A DNA stretch of 64,000 nt from Candidatus Nomurabacteria bacterium (GCA_943356415.1 CALREW010000001.1:16528-80527); one strand, 5' to 3'; shown: positions 17,470 through 27,550, counted from the first letter of the stretch. Notes: generated from the letters alone by a model not told the origin. Program-made: numbers and translations.

Positions 17470-20187
17470 ATGCCTCCTCCATTCAATCACTTCACTACTA
17501 AAGCAAAGGAAGCCGTGCGCAAAGCGCATGAGCTTGCAGTCGAACGCGGACAAAACCATGTGAGTCCGCTGCATTTGCTTGCCGCACTTATTTTGCAAGA
17601 AGAAAGTCTCGTTACAACAATACTGGAGCGTCTTGAAGTGGACGCAATGCATCTCTCCGACACGATACTTGAGTCACTCGAAGGACCTGACAACTCCTCA
17701 GTCCTTTCACCGTCATATCAGTTGTATTTAACCCCTGAGCTTGTGCAGGCACTTGAGCGCTCCGCAAAAGTGGCGACTGAACTGCACGACGAATTTGTTT
17801 CAACCGAGCATCTCCTTGTTGCGGTACTCGACGTTCCTGGTACGGCACGTGAATTGCTCGGACGTTTTCGTATCACGCGCGATGCGACTGTGCGAACGGT
17901 CAATGAATTGCGTACTGGTAAAACGCCTGAAGTTAAGGAGCAGAAGAAATTTCGCGCCATCGCTAAGTACACGCGCAGCCTTACCAAGATGGCGAGCGAG
18001 AACAAGCTTGACCCAGTCATTGGGCGCGATGACGAAATACAGCGCGTCATACAGATATTGAGCCGCCGCACCAAGAATAATCCGATATTGATCGGTGAAG
18101 CGGGCGTTGGAAAGACCGCCATTGCGGAGGGTCTTGCTTCACGCATCGCCCAAGGTGACGTGCCGGATTCTCTTCGCGACAAAGACCTCGTTGCCCTTGA
18201 CCTCGGTTCCCTTATTGCAGGTACGAAATACCGTGGCGAGTTCGAAGAGCGCCTCAAAGCCATCATGAAAGAAATTGAGCGCGCCGATGGCCGCATCATT
18301 CTCTTTATCGACGAAATACACACCATCGTTGGCGCTGGCGCCGCAGAAGGTGCCATGGATGCGTCAAACATGCTTAAGCCCGCCCTTGCGCGCGGCGAGA
18401 TACGCGTCATAGGGGCCACAACCCTTAAGGAGTATCAAAAGCATATCGAGCGTGATCCGGCGTTTCAGCGTCGCTTCCAGCCAGTGTATGTACAGGAACC
18501 ATCGCCCGAAGACGCTATTGCGATATTGCGTGGACTCAAGGAAAAGTACGAGCTCTTCCACGGGGTGCACATTACCGACGACGGCATCCTTGCTGCAGTC
18601 GCGCTTTCCAGTCGTTACATCCCTGACCGCTTTTTACCGGACAAGGCTATCGACCTCATCGATGAGGCGTCTTCGTCATTGCGTATCAGTCTCGAAAATA
18701 AGCCGCCAGTACTTGAAGAAGCGCATCGCAAGATAATGCGTCTTGAAGTTGAGAAAGAAGCGCTTAAGAAAGATGCTGAGTCTGAAGACGGGAAATCTGC
18801 CAAAGCGCGCATCAAGGTTATAGACCGCGACATTGCCGATCTTAAAGAGAAGACCGGTGAGATAGAGATGCGCTGGAAGAACGAGAAGCAGACGCTCGGC
18901 GAAATTAAAGCTATTAAGAAAGAACTTGAAAGTCTTCGCATCGAAGCTGACTCTGCTGAAGCGTCGGTTGACCTTGCGCGCGCTGCAGAGATTCGCTACG
19001 GAGAAATACCAGGTCTTACCCGTGAGCTTGATGCCAAGACCAAGCGTCTCAAGAAGCTACAATCCACGCGTCGCATCCTGAAGGAAGAAATTGGCGAGGC
19101 AGATATAGCGCTTGTGGTCGCAAAATGGACGGGCATACCAGTCTCGCGCATGCTTGAAGAAGAGGCTGAAAAGCTTTCACGTATGGAAGTGGTGCTCAAA
19201 GAGCGTGTCGTTGGTCAGGAAGAGGCAGTGCAAAAAGTAGCTGATGCGGTGAAGCGCTCGCGCGCCGGTATTGCCGACCCGAATCGTCCCATTGCTTCGT
19301 TTATTTTCCTTGGCCCTACGGGCGTTGGAAAGACCGAGCTCACCAAGACCCTCGCTGAGTTTATGTTTGACGACGAAAAGGCGCTTATACGCGTCGACAT
19401 GTCGGAATACATGGAGAAGCATTCGGTCTCGAAGATCATCGGTGCTCCTCCTGGCTATGTAGGACATGAAGAGGGAGGTTCGCTGACTGAACTGGTGCGT
19501 CATCGTCCGTACTCTGTCATTCTCTTTGACGAGATAGAAAAGGCGCACCCTGAAGTCTTCAACATATTGCTCCAAGTCCTCGACAATGGACAACTTACCG
19601 ATGCCAAGGGACGCAAAGCCAACTTCAAAAATACAGTCATCATCATGACCTCAAACATCGGTGCGCAGTACATCGACAAGATGGAACAACTTGGTTTTGC
19701 CACCCACGGCGATACCGATCAGGCAAACTACGTGCAGGCCAAAGACAAGGTTATGCAAGCGCTCAAAACTAGCTTCCGTCCTGAATTCATCAACCGCATC
19801 GACGAGATAATTATCTTCAACATCCTCTCGCCTGAGGCAATCAAGAATATTGTCACCATCCAGATAGCGGAAGTGGTAGCCCGCCTGCGCGCAAAAGACA
19901 TCACGCTTAGTGTGAGCCAAGCCGTGCTCACCTATCTTGCCAAAGAAGGATATAACCCACACTACGGAGCGCGCCCACTACGACGTCTTATTCAAGACAA
20001 GATACTCACTAAAGTTGCAACGCTCATGATAAGCAAGGGGCTTCTCAAGGGCGGTTCCATTGCTGTCGATATGAAAGGTGCGGAGTTTGTGTTCGACGTA
20101 AAAAAGGGCGGCAGAAAGGCCAGCCTGTCCGGCAGACAGGTAAAGAGCCCTGAAGGGATACTTGAGGAAGGGAAGGTAAGCGCGTAA
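17470..20187 (+). CDS. clpB: AAA+ chaperone ClpB
   Basis: Two Walker A motifs ([16 protein letters not shown]); KYRGEFEER; long middle coiled coil; GYVG. Confidence 0.93.
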   Translation: MPPPFNHFTTKAKEAVRKAHELAVERGQNHVSPLHLLAALILQEESLVTTILERLEVDAMHLSDTILESLEGPDNSSVLSPSYQLYLTPELVQALERSAKVATELHDEFVSTEHLLVAVLDVPGTARELLGRFRITRDATVRTVNELRTGKTPEVKEQKKFRAIAKYTRSLTKMASENKLDPVIGRDDEIQRVIQILSRRTKNNPILIGEAGVGKTAIAEGLASRIAQGDVPDSLRDKDLVALDLGSLIAGTKYRGEFEERLKAIMKEIERADGRIILFIDEIHTIVGAGAAEGAMDASNMLKPALARGEIRVIGATTLKEYQKHIERDPAFQRRFQPVYVQEPSPEDAIAILRGLKEKYELFHGVHITDDGILAAVALSSRYIPDRFLPDKAIDLIDEASSSLRISLENKPPVLEEAHRKIMRLEVEKEALKKDAESEDGKSAKARIKVIDRDIADLKEKTGEIEMRWKNEKQTLGEIKAIKKELESLRIEADSAEASVDLARAAEIRYGEIPGLTRELDAKTKRLKKLQSTRRILKEEIGEADIALVVAKWTGIPVSRMLEEEAEKLSRMEVVLKERVVGQEEAVQKVADAVKRSRAGIADPNRPIASFIFLGPTGVGKTELTKTLAEFMFDDEKALIRVDMSEYMEKHSVSKIIGAPPGYVGHEEGGSLTELVRHRPYSVILFDEIEKAHPEVFNILLQVLDNGQLTDAKGRKANFKNTVIIMTSNIGAQYIDKMEQLGFATHGDTDQANYVQAKDKVMQALKTSFRPEFINRIDEIIIFNILSPEAIKNIVTIQIAEVVARLRAKDITLSVSQAVLTYLAKEGYNPHYGARPLRRLIQDKILTKVATLMISKGLLKGGSIAVDMKGAEFVFDVKKGGRKASLSGRQVKSPEGILEEGKVSA

Positions 20188-20226
20188 TATGCAGTAGACC
20201 CGCTATAGGCGGGTTTATGCATTGTT

Positions 20227-20310
20227 GCGTCGGTGGCGGAGTGGTCAATCGCATCTGACTGTAAATCAGACGCCCTAGCGGCTACGCAGGTTCGAATCCT
20301 GCCCGGCGCA
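20227..20310 (+). tRNA. tRNA-Tyr(GTA)
   Basis: TCTGA-CTGTAAA-TCAGA; variable arm; GGTTCGAATCC. Confidence 0.93.
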
Positions 20311-20316
20311 CAAAGA

Positions 20317-20349
20317 CAGAAACACCTGCCCTTCGGCAGGTGTTTCTGT
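20317..20349 (+). terminator. Hairpin after tRNA-Tyr
   Basis: ACAGAAACACCTGCC-CTTC-GGCAGGTGTTTCTGT. Confidence 0.7.
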
Positions 20350-20391
20350 TCCGTGTATCCTTTTTCGCTTACTTGAGGTTAGTATGAGGAT

Positions 20392-21219
20392 ATGAAAGCT
20401 CGGTACACCTACGTCAATGGCAAGATACTGCCACACGAAAAAGCGGTTATTCGAGTCGACGATATTGGCATCTCTCGAGCATTTGGAGTCTATGACGGGA
20501 TTATGACCTATAAGGGGCGGCCATTTGAGATGACCAAGCACTACGCGCGCTTGTCGCGCTCGGCTAAACGTATGGGTCTACGTGTTCCTGTGTCGGGTAA
20601 AGAACTGGAACGCATCATTCTCACTTTGGTAAAGAAAAACTCTTTTAAAAACCCGATAGTCCGGGTGCTTCTCACTGGAGGAACCACGTTGCGCGGTATC
20701 GACTTCAATCCTATGAAACCAACGTTTATTGTTTTGCTTGAAGAACTTTCACAGCCCTCCGCAGCTGCGTATAAAACTGGTGTGCGTGTCATCACGCATG
20801 AGTACGAGCGACAGATACCGGAAGCAAAAACTATCAACTATATCGCCGCGGTGCGTTTGCAAGGCGCTATGCGAAAGGCAAAAGCAACTGAAGCCATCTA
20901 CACCTTAAAAAACAATGCGCTTGAGGCGACGACGAGCAACCTTTTTATCGTAAAGGCCGGTCAAATAATCACACCCAAAGACGGCATCCTCAACGGGATC
21001 ACACGCCAGGTGGTTATTGCACTTGCAAAGAAGCACTATACGGTCGTTGAGCGAGCAATTTCAATACGAGAGATGCTTTCTGCTGACGAAGTCTTTTTGA
21101 CGTCAAGTTTTAAGGAAGTGCTTCCCGTCTCGCATATAGACAAAAAGGCTCTAGGGAAGCCAGGGCCAGTGACAAAGGACCTCGCAGAGCGGTTCGCCCA
21201 ATATACGGCACGGGCCTAA
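20392..21219 (+). CDS. Aminotransferase class IV (branched-chain/D-amino acid type)
   Basis: H.ARL.RSA, AKTINY (PLP Lys), EATTSNLF, ILNGITR, ADEVFLTSS. Confidence 0.9.
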   Translation: MKARYTYVNGKILPHEKAVIRVDDIGISRAFGVYDGIMTYKGRPFEMTKHYARLSRSAKRMGLRVPVSGKELERIILTLVKKNSFKNPIVRVLLTGGTTLRGIDFNPMKPTFIVLLEELSQPSAAAYKTGVRVITHEYERQIPEAKTINYIAAVRLQGAMRKAKATEAIYTLKNNALEATTSNLFIVKAGQIITPKDGILNGITRQVVIALAKKHYTVVERAISIREMLSADEVFLTSSFKEVLPVSHIDKKALGKPGPVTKDLAERFAQYTARA

Positions 21220-21262
21220 AACGGTTGCGAAAAAGGGTCCGATATCGTATAGTCTCCCCGTT

Positions 21263-21421
21263 ATGTCACAAGACCGCCTCATCAAACTCGCCTGCAATAC
21301 CTGCAAGCGCATCAACTATTGGTCAAGCAAGAATAAGAAGCTTGTCACGCGCAAGATTGAGCTCAAGAAGTATTGCCGTTGGTGTAAGAAAAACACCGTG
21401 CACAAGGAGGCAAAGAAATAG
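21263..21421 (+). CDS. rpmG: 50S ribosomal protein L33 (not in the ORF track)
   Basis: MSQDRLIKLACNTCKRINYWSSKNKKLVTRKIELKKYCRWCKKNTVHKEAKK; two CxxC. Confidence 0.95.
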   Translation: MSQDRLIKLACNTCKRINYWSSKNKKLVTRKIELKKYCRWCKKNTVHKEAKK

Positions 21422-21572
21422 TTCCTCCAAACTTCTCAAAAACGCGCTCCCACCGGGGCGCGTTTTGCGGTAAAGGTCCACGTGGTGAACCTTTGTTCCA
21501 ACTTCGCTCGGCAGAAATGTATGCCCGCACACATTTCCTGTTCCTCGCTCGTTGGAGTAAGCTTCTCTCTAC

Positions 21573-21643
21573 GGGCGATTAGTTAAATGGTATAACAGCG
21601 GTCTCCAAAACCGCTATTGGGGGTTCGATTCCCTCATCGCCCG
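21573..21643 (+). tRNA. tRNA-Trp(CCA)
   Basis: GCGGT-CTCCAAA-ACCGC; GGGCGAT/ATCGCCC acceptor; next to rpmG. Confidence 0.93.
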
Positions 21644-21930
21644 CAAATACAAAAAAGACCCTGCGACTAGGGTCTTTTTTGTATTCGGCGTTGAGCAAAC
21701 CGACTGCTCGGTTTGCGCAGCGGAATCGAAGGCCGGAACCATGTCGCCCTCAGGCGACAGGTGAGGCGGGGTCGCGACCGAGCCGAGCGACGGCGAGGTG
21801 AGAGTTGTGACCGATTCCCTCATCGCCCACTATGGCTAAGAGGAGAAATGTCGCGGCGGCGCATTTCGAGCTCTTAGCCGATTCCCAAGTTGGCGCGAAC
21901 CCAGAGTTGTGACCGATTCCCGCCATCCAC
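21644..21930 (+). ncRNA. tRNA-3'-associated structured element (Trp copy, with extra partial units)
   Basis: Hairpin; split antisense 3' end; GCGACGGCGA; 17 nt direct repeat of the tRNA 3' end at 21812-21828. Confidence 0.6.
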
Positions 21931-21987
21931 AGCACAAGCATTTAGTAGCGCAGAGAGTAATTCCTCACGCTATACTGATTGCATCGT

Positions 21988-22923
21988 ATGACCCAGAGGT
22001 TTGAATCTTTTCTCGTACCGATGGTCGTGCTGCTTATTGCTGCATTTGTTTTTCTCTCACCAGAGCTCGCTTTTGCACAGCAAGGTATCGTGGCGCAATG
22101 TACCGGCATCAATTGCCAGCTTTGTAATCTTTTTGGCCTGTTTAATAACGTGATCCAATACTCGATTTTCGTTGCAAGCGTTATCGCGGCGATTATGTTT
22201 GCGTGGGCGGGTGCATTGTTTGTATTTGCGATGGGCGATCCAGGTAAGATTGCGAGTGCTAAACATATATTTGCAACCGTATTAACCGGGTACATTATCG
22301 CGCTTGTTGCGGTGATTGGACTCGACACTCTCATAAATGTAATCGCGAACAATGGCTTTAAGTGGAGAAGCGTTCAGTGCGTCAGTGGGCGCATAACGAG
22401 CGGTGGACTGACTTTTAACGAAACACCTATCATTATTGTTTCTAAAACTAACGGTTGGGTGAGTCCAGAAATGAATGAACTGTATAACTCAGCGACAGGT
22501 CAGCGTTTTACTGACGTAGGTCAGGCTGCCATTGCACTTATAGGTGAGCTCGTGTCGAAGGACGGCAGATCTCCCCCCGAGACCCAAAACGGAAATTTAG
22601 CTTGCGCATGGGCAGTGAATCAGATTCTTGCCAAGGCAGGGTATGACACTATTGATAACCTGAGTGTTCCTGATATGTACCGAATACTCAAGACTGAAGG
22701 CAGAGGGGAGCTTGTCCCAATAGAACAAGCGCAACCTGGAGATATCGCGATACGAGGCGATATAGGTCACGTGGGTATATGTACAAAACCCGGATGCGCC
22801 ACGGTAGCTTCGAATTCCTCGTCGGAGGGAGTCCTTAGAAATCAGGGCGAAACAGATTTTCAAAGGAATCAACATGGTGTAAAAACTCCCACTCTGGTGT
22901 ATAGGCCAACAAAAACAAGATGA
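21988..22923 (+). CDS. Pilin-like protein fused to a CHAP/NlpC-P60-like domain
   Basis: AFAQ signal, C..C..C and two TM helices; C-terminal LACAWAV...QPGDI...GHVGI. Confidence 0.7.
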   Translation: MTQRFESFLVPMVVLLIAAFVFLSPELAFAQQGIVAQCTGINCQLCNLFGLFNNVIQYSIFVASVIAAIMFAWAGALFVFAMGDPGKIASAKHIFATVLTGYIIALVAVIGLDTLINVIANNGFKWRSVQCVSGRITSGGLTFNETPIIIVSKTNGWVSPEMNELYNSATGQRFTDVGQAAIALIGELVSKDGRSPPETQNGNLACAWAVNQILAKAGYDTIDNLSVPDMYRILKTEGRGELVPIEQAQPGDIAIRGDIGHVGICTKPGCATVASNSSSEGVLRNQGETDFQRNQHGVKTPTLVYRPTKTR

Positions 22924-23543
22924 AATTCGTACCCATTATTTTTGCATGTTTGGCACTTGCTGTGGGAGTTTTCTACGGCCTCTTCAAACTTCACTCCTCA
23001 CAGCCTATCGAAGAAGCTCCTTCCCAAACAGGAACTGACGGTGACGGATTCTACACGTCCCGTCCCGGCGTCAATGATCAAGGCTCCAACCCGATTTCTG
23101 TGGGAACGCCACAAGAAGAAAATTTTGTTGTCATTACACGCAGTAGCAGCAGCGCGTCATCTGGAGTGGTGCTTGTCCAGCCTAAACAGCCAACCATTGA
23201 ACAGCCAGCACTCGCTCAGAAAGATCCTGCGGCAGTAAAGCAGAAAGGGGACGAGGCCTTTAATGCGGAAGTATCTGGCTCAAGTGCAATTACGGCATCA
23301 AGTCCAAGTGCAACGATAGGCAAAGGAGTTGTTGTAGTGTCGAATTACGCACTGTATTTGTGGAGTGATGAAAATAGCGGGGGCGAAGCGTTGTTTAGCA
23401 TATCGTCCTCGGGCGCGTGGAAGCTCCTATCGATGGGGGGAGGTGTCTGGAGTGCTGAGGGCTTGGTGAAATTTGGAGTGCCATCAGCCATCGCGTCGCA
23501 GTTGGTTTCAAATAAGCCGTGGGGCAAAGCAAACAAGATCTAG
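22920..23543 (+). CDS. Hypothetical membrane-anchored protein
   Basis: 207 aa; N-terminal TM; ATGA overlap with the upstream gene. Confidence 0.65.
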   Translation: MKFVPIIFACLALAVGVFYGLFKLHSSQPIEEAPSQTGTDGDGFYTSRPGVNDQGSNPISVGTPQEENFVVITRSSSSASSGVVLVQPKQPTIEQPALAQKDPAAVKQKGDEAFNAEVSGSSAITASSPSATIGKGVVVVSNYALYLWSDENSGGEALFSISSSGAWKLLSMGGGVWSAEGLVKFGVPSAIASQLVSNKPWGKANKI

Positions 23544-24449
23544 CTACTGTTTTAAGAAGGCTCGACTTGTCCGAAGGGCACGCTTTGTATCGCTCGGTGA
23601 TATCCAACTTATTTTTTTATCGCGCTTAAACCAGGTCTTTTGACGTTTTGCGTAGTGCACAATCTCAGTAAATAGTTGCAATTCCATTTCGCGTTTCGAA
23701 ATGCGCCCCTGTAGGTGACGCGCCATATAACGATATTCAAGACCAAGTTCCTCCATCCGCTTCCACGAAAGGCCGCTCGCGTGGAGTTTTCTTGCCTCAC
23801 GGAGCATTCCTGCGCGCAGGCGTGCCTGCAAACGTGTTTTTATACGCTTCTCCAAAATTTCTTGTGAAAGGGTAAGCCCGATGGTGAGAGTCTGATATGG
23901 CTCGTTTGAAACTACTTTCGGGACCTTGCCCAAAGCAGTTGCTATCTCTATAGCGCGGATAAGACGCGCGGGATTACGGCGGTCGATACTTCTGGCTCGT
24001 GTCGGGTCAAGTTTCTTCAGTTGTTTATAAAGTTCTGTTGCATTCTTTTTTGAAAGTTTGGCGCGTAGCACTTTGTTTGGAGGAACCTCGGGTGTAGATA
24101 TGCGACCCAAAAGCATGTCGAGATAGAAGCCGGTGCCGCCACATAGTATGGGGATGTTGCCTCTATTAAGTATCTCGCCTATTGCTCTGCGTGCGTCACT
24201 GGTAAACGTAGAAGCAGTGTAGGTCTGCTTTGGGGATGCAATATCAAGCATGTGATGGGGAACGCCCCCCATTTCTTTTTTAGTCACTTTGCCAGTGCCG
24301 AGGTTCAGTCCTCGATACACTTGCCGAGAGTCTACCGACACAACCTCGCCTCCAAGACTTTTGGCCAACTGGATTGAAAATGCTGTTTTCCCCGTTGAAG
24401 TAGCTCCAACGACGGCTATAAGCTTAGGTTTTTGGGCGTTTGCTGGCAT
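23544..24449 (-). CDS. miaA: tRNA dimethylallyltransferase
   Basis: GATSTGKT, DSRQVY, GTGK, PHHMLD, GGTGFY, YAKRQKTWF. Confidence 0.95.
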   Translation of the reverse strand: MPANAQKPKLIAVVGATSTGKTAFSIQLAKSLGGEVVSVDSRQVYRGLNLGTGKVTKKEMGGVPHHMLDIASPKQTYTASTFTSDARRAIGEILNRGNIPILCGGTGFYLDMLLGRISTPEVPPNKVLRAKLSKKNATELYKQLKKLDPTRARSIDRRNPARLIRAIEIATALGKVPKVVSNEPYQTLTIGLTLSQEILEKRIKTRLQARLRAGMLREARKLHASGLSWKRMEELGLEYRYMARHLQGRISKREMELQLFTEIVHYAKRQKTWFKRDKKISWISPSDTKRALRTSRAFLKQ

Positions 24450-24488
24450 GGTATATTGCGTAGGTACACCTTAATTGACCATCCATCT

Positions 24489-25094
24489 ATGAACAAATGC
24501 GAATCGAATTGCGACTGTGCGTGTCATGCGATGCCGCCGAGGGTAGGTGAGAAGGTCGGTGATTTTACGTTTGATATCTACCACAAGGGTGATGACAGTA
24601 AAACGTCGCTCGCAAACTACAAAGGCAAATGGTTGATTCTCTTTTTCTACCCGGCTGACTTTACGTTTGTTTGCCCAACCGAGCTTGAGGATATGGCAAA
24701 CCACTACGAGCAGTTTAAAAAGGAAGGAGCAGAAGTTATCTCAGTATCGACCGACACGGTGTTTGTGCACAAAGCCTGGCACGATACCTCTGACTCAATA
24801 AAGAAAATCGAATTCCCGATGGCGGCCGACACTGATCATAAATTGTCCACGGCGTTCGGTGTTCTACGTGAGAGCGGTCTTTCTGACCGAGGCTCGTTCA
24901 TTATTGACCCTGAAGGAACGCTGCAAGTTATGGAAGTAACTGCTGAAGGTGTTGGTCGCAATGCAGCTGAATTACTTCGCAAACTTCAGGCAGCACGCTT
25001 CGTACACGAGCACGGCAACAATGTCTGTCCGGCAAATTGGAAACCGGGTGGAGAGACTCTTGAGCCGGGAATGGATCTTGTTGGAAAGATATAA
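24489..25094 (+). CDS. ahpC: 2-Cys peroxiredoxin AhpC
   Basis: FYPADFTFVCPTE; VCPANW. Confidence 0.92.
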   Translation: MNKCESNCDCACHAMPPRVGEKVGDFTFDIYHKGDDSKTSLANYKGKWLILFFYPADFTFVCPTELEDMANHYEQFKKEGAEVISVSTDTVFVHKAWHDTSDSIKKIEFPMAADTDHKLSTAFGVLRESGLSDRGSFIIDPEGTLQVMEVTAEGVGRNAAELLRKLQAARFVHEHGNNVCPANWKPGGETLEPGMDLVGKI

Positions 25095-25109
25095 CGGCAC
25101 GTCCTAAAA

Positions 25110-25147
25110 CGAAACACGCCGCCCCGAAGGGCGGCGGTTTTGTTTCG
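25110..25147. terminator. Hairpin between convergent ahpC and pyrF
   Basis: CGCCGCCC-CGAA-GGGCGGCG with A/T flanks. Confidence 0.65.
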
Positions 25148-25174
25148 GCTGCTTGTGAGGCGCGATTCGTTTAT

Positions 25175-26107
25175 CTATCGCGGAATTGAAGCAGTGAGTG
25201 CCGCCTGAGCGGCACGGTCGTAGGTTGCGAACGCCATAGGAGGGTTTTCAGCGTACATGATGCCAGAGCCGATATTGATGAGCAGGCCCTGAGCACCTTT
25301 GCCGGCGATGATACCACCGCGGACGGTGGCTTCCAGGTCACCGCCTTGGGTGCCAACGCCGGGCGCTAGAATCGGAGCATCTCCCGCGAGAAGTCGCACC
25401 TGGGCGAGTTCCTGAGGATAGGTTGCGCCGACCACCAACCCGCAGTTGCCGTTCTTGTTCCAGTGGCTGGCAATACGGTGCGCCACCAGATGGTAGAGCG
25501 GGACCGTGGCACCTTCCATCAGGCCAAGATCAACCGCCTCTTGCGGTTCGAGGGCGACGTGACGATTCTGGAACTCGCCCGAGCCGGGATTGCTGGTCTT
25601 GCAAAGGAAGAACAGCAGCATGTCTGACAGCTCAAGAAATGGAGCGGTGGCGTCCATGCCCAGGTACGGGTGGAGCGTCACGCCATCGACCTGGAAGTAT
25701 TCGACGGCTTCGCGGACATAGCCGGCGTTAGTGGCACCGATATCGCCGCGCTTGAAGTCGAGGATGATCGGGACGTCTTTTTCCCGACCACGCAGGTACT
25801 CGATCAGCATCTTCAGCTGGATGATGCCTGCGTGGCCCCAGCCTTCGAAGAAAGCGAGATTGGGTTTGTAGGCGAGGGCGCGGCCGTGCGATGCCTGGAC
25901 GCTGCGCATGCAGTGCTCCCAGATGTAGGGCACTGCTTGCTCGGGAGCACCTGCCTGGAGCTCCTTCGGCATGCGTTTTGCGTCCGGGTCGAGCCCGACG
26001 CAGATGAGCCGGTTGTCTGCCCACCCTGCCTTGAGGCGCTCGAGCGCCCGATTAGTCTTCTTCAGATAAGCCTCCGATCCGGACGGTTCGTGTCCGCAGG
26101 CAATCAT
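25175..26107 (-). CDS. pyrF: Orotidine-5'-phosphate decarboxylase (start uncertain: ATG 26107 or CTG 26065)
   Basis: CVGLDP, YKPNLAFFE, DFKRGDIGAT, HPYLG, KTSNPGS, VVGAT, PGVGTQGG. Confidence 0.92.
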   Translation of the reverse strand: MIACGHEPSGSEAYLKKTNRALERLKAGWADNRLICVGLDPDAKRMPKELQAGAPEQAVPYIWEHCMRSVQASHGRALAYKPNLAFFEGWGHAGIIQLKMLIEYLRGREKDVPIILDFKRGDIGATNAGYVREAVEYFQVDGVTLHPYLGMDATAPFLELSDMLLFFLCKTSNPGSGEFQNRHVALEPQEAVDLGLMEGATVPLYHLVAHRIASHWNKNGNCGLVVGATYPQELAQVRLLAGDAPILAPGVGTQGGDLEATVRGGIIAGKGAQGLLINIGSGIMYAENPPMAFATYDRAAQAALTASIPR

Positions 26108-26143
26108 GCAAAAGGAAGTACGAAAGGTCAAACCTGTTTTACG

Positions 26144-26320
26144 GTGCCGGGAGAATCGCTTGGCCAAGAGCTCGTCCTGTCGCCGTCGCACCAGGACTCC
26201 TCTCGGCCCTGCCCGCGCGACCCATTCTACTGAATGGGTGCCCGCGCTTACTTTCAAGTCCTCTCCCCAGCAACAATGCAAAACGCCCAGAGGTATACTC
26301 TGCTCGTTAAGCGTCTTGTG
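26144..26320 (-). ncRNA. tRNA-3'-associated structured element (Leu-CAA copy)
   Basis: Antisense Leu 3' end at 26253-26272; GCGACGGCGA core; 11 nt direct repeat 26144-26154 = 26320-26330. Confidence 0.6.
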
Positions 26321-26403
26321 TGCCGGGAGAGAGACTTGAACTCTCACGCTGTCGCCAGCGGTGGGTTTTGAATCCACTGCGTCTACCATTCCGCCATCCC
26401 GGC
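26321..26403 (-). tRNA. tRNA-Leu(CAA)
   Basis: GCCGGGA/TCCCGGC acceptor; loop TTCAAAA; long variable arm. Confidence 0.9.
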
Positions 26404-26460
26404 AATGCGCACAAGATACGGCAAATAAGAACCAAATGCACGCTGTGTTAGTATATCGGC

Positions 26461-27483
26461 ATGTCAGGGTTCTATAGCGACGCCATTTTTTGGGTGGAGG
26501 TGGATAAAATCCAGCCAAACCCCTATCAACCTCGCAAAGAGTTCGATGAAGCGAAGCTTAAAGACCTCGCAGGTTCAATACGCCAGTACGGGGTGTTGCA
26601 ACCGCTCGTAGTAACGAGAAAAGAGTTTCAGAAAGACGATGGTGGCATAGGCGTCCACTACGAATTAATTGCCGGTGAGCGCCGTTTGCGTGCGTCGCGC
26701 CTCGCAGGTTTGCCTCAAGTGCCTGTCATCATTCGCGATGACGACCAGAGCGACATGATGAAGCTCGAGCTGGCTATCATCGAAAATTTACAGCGAGAGG
26801 ACCTCAATGCCATTGATCGTGCTCGTGCGTTTGAGCGTCTTGCAAACGAATTCAATTTCAAACACGGTGAGATAGCAAAGAAAGTAGGGAAGAGCCGCGA
26901 ATATGTTTCAAATACCATACGCCTCCTTGCAATGCCTGAAGTGATGCAGCAAGCGCTCTCCGAAGGACGTATCACCGAAGGTCATACACGACCCCTTCTT
27001 ATGCTCATCGATAGGCCAGAAGAGCAGGACGTATTGTTCCGCGAAATAATGTTGAAGAAACTCACGGTACGTGAGTCTGAAGCCATTGCTCGTCGTATCG
27101 CATTTGATAAGGTGCGCAAGCGCGAAAAGATGTATGACCCTGACATTGTCGAAATGGAACAGCGTCTTACTGAAGCGCTCGGCACTCGAGTTGCGATAGA
27201 GACAAAAGAAGTTGGGGGCAAACTCGTCATCGACTTTTTCTCTGACGATGACTTGCGAGACATTCTCATGATGTTTAATACCAAAGCTTCTGGCCCACGT
27301 CGCGGCTCGCTTCTTGCTGCGGTCGCTGATGCGGTTGGTTTTGGCTCTGGAGCCGCTGCAGCGGTTGAAACTTCAGCAGGAGAAGTGGCATCAATAACTG
27401 AAGAATCAAAAACGCCGATTGACGACACTCCTGTCGCAGAAATTCGCGAAGACGACTTCGACCCAAAGAACTTCGCGATTTAA
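26461..27483 (+). CDS. parB: Chromosome partitioning protein ParB/Spo0J
   Basis: PNPYQPR, GVLQP, IAGERRLRA, IIENLQREDLN, HTH. Confidence 0.93.
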   Translation: MSGFYSDAIFWVEVDKIQPNPYQPRKEFDEAKLKDLAGSIRQYGVLQPLVVTRKEFQKDDGGIGVHYELIAGERRLRASRLAGLPQVPVIIRDDDQSDMMKLELAIIENLQREDLNAIDRARAFERLANEFNFKHGEIAKKVGKSREYVSNTIRLLAMPEVMQQALSEGRITEGHTRPLLMLIDRPEEQDVLFREIMLKKLTVRESEAIARRIAFDKVRKREKMYDPDIVEMEQRLTEALGTRVAIETKEVGGKLVIDFFSDDDLRDILMMFNTKASGPRRGSLLAAVADAVGFGSGAAAAVETSAGEVASITEESKTPIDDTPVAEIREDDFDPKNFAI

Positions 27484-27492
27484 TAGCAAAAC

Positions 27493-27538
27493 CGCAGGCA
27501 TACTCATTTTCACGTTCGGACAAATGAGTATGCCTGCG
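27493..27538. terminator. Long hairpin between convergent parB and relA/spoT
   Basis: CGCAGGCATACTCATTT...AAATGAGTATGCCTGCG. Confidence 0.65.
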
Positions 27539-27550
27539 CTGAGGTAAAAA

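Noticed and set aside
21225-21532. Listed ORFs over the rpmG region
   Set aside because: The real gene is the 52 aa L33 at 21263-21421 in another frame.
21626-21930. Possible CRISPR array from recurring CGATTCCC
   Set aside because: Repeats are short, irregularly spaced and derived from the tRNA 3' end; no cas genes in the window.
26108-26518. N-terminal extension of the 447 aa pyrF ORF
   Set aside because: It runs through tRNA-Leu(CAA), its downstream element and the start of parB; an open frame by chance.
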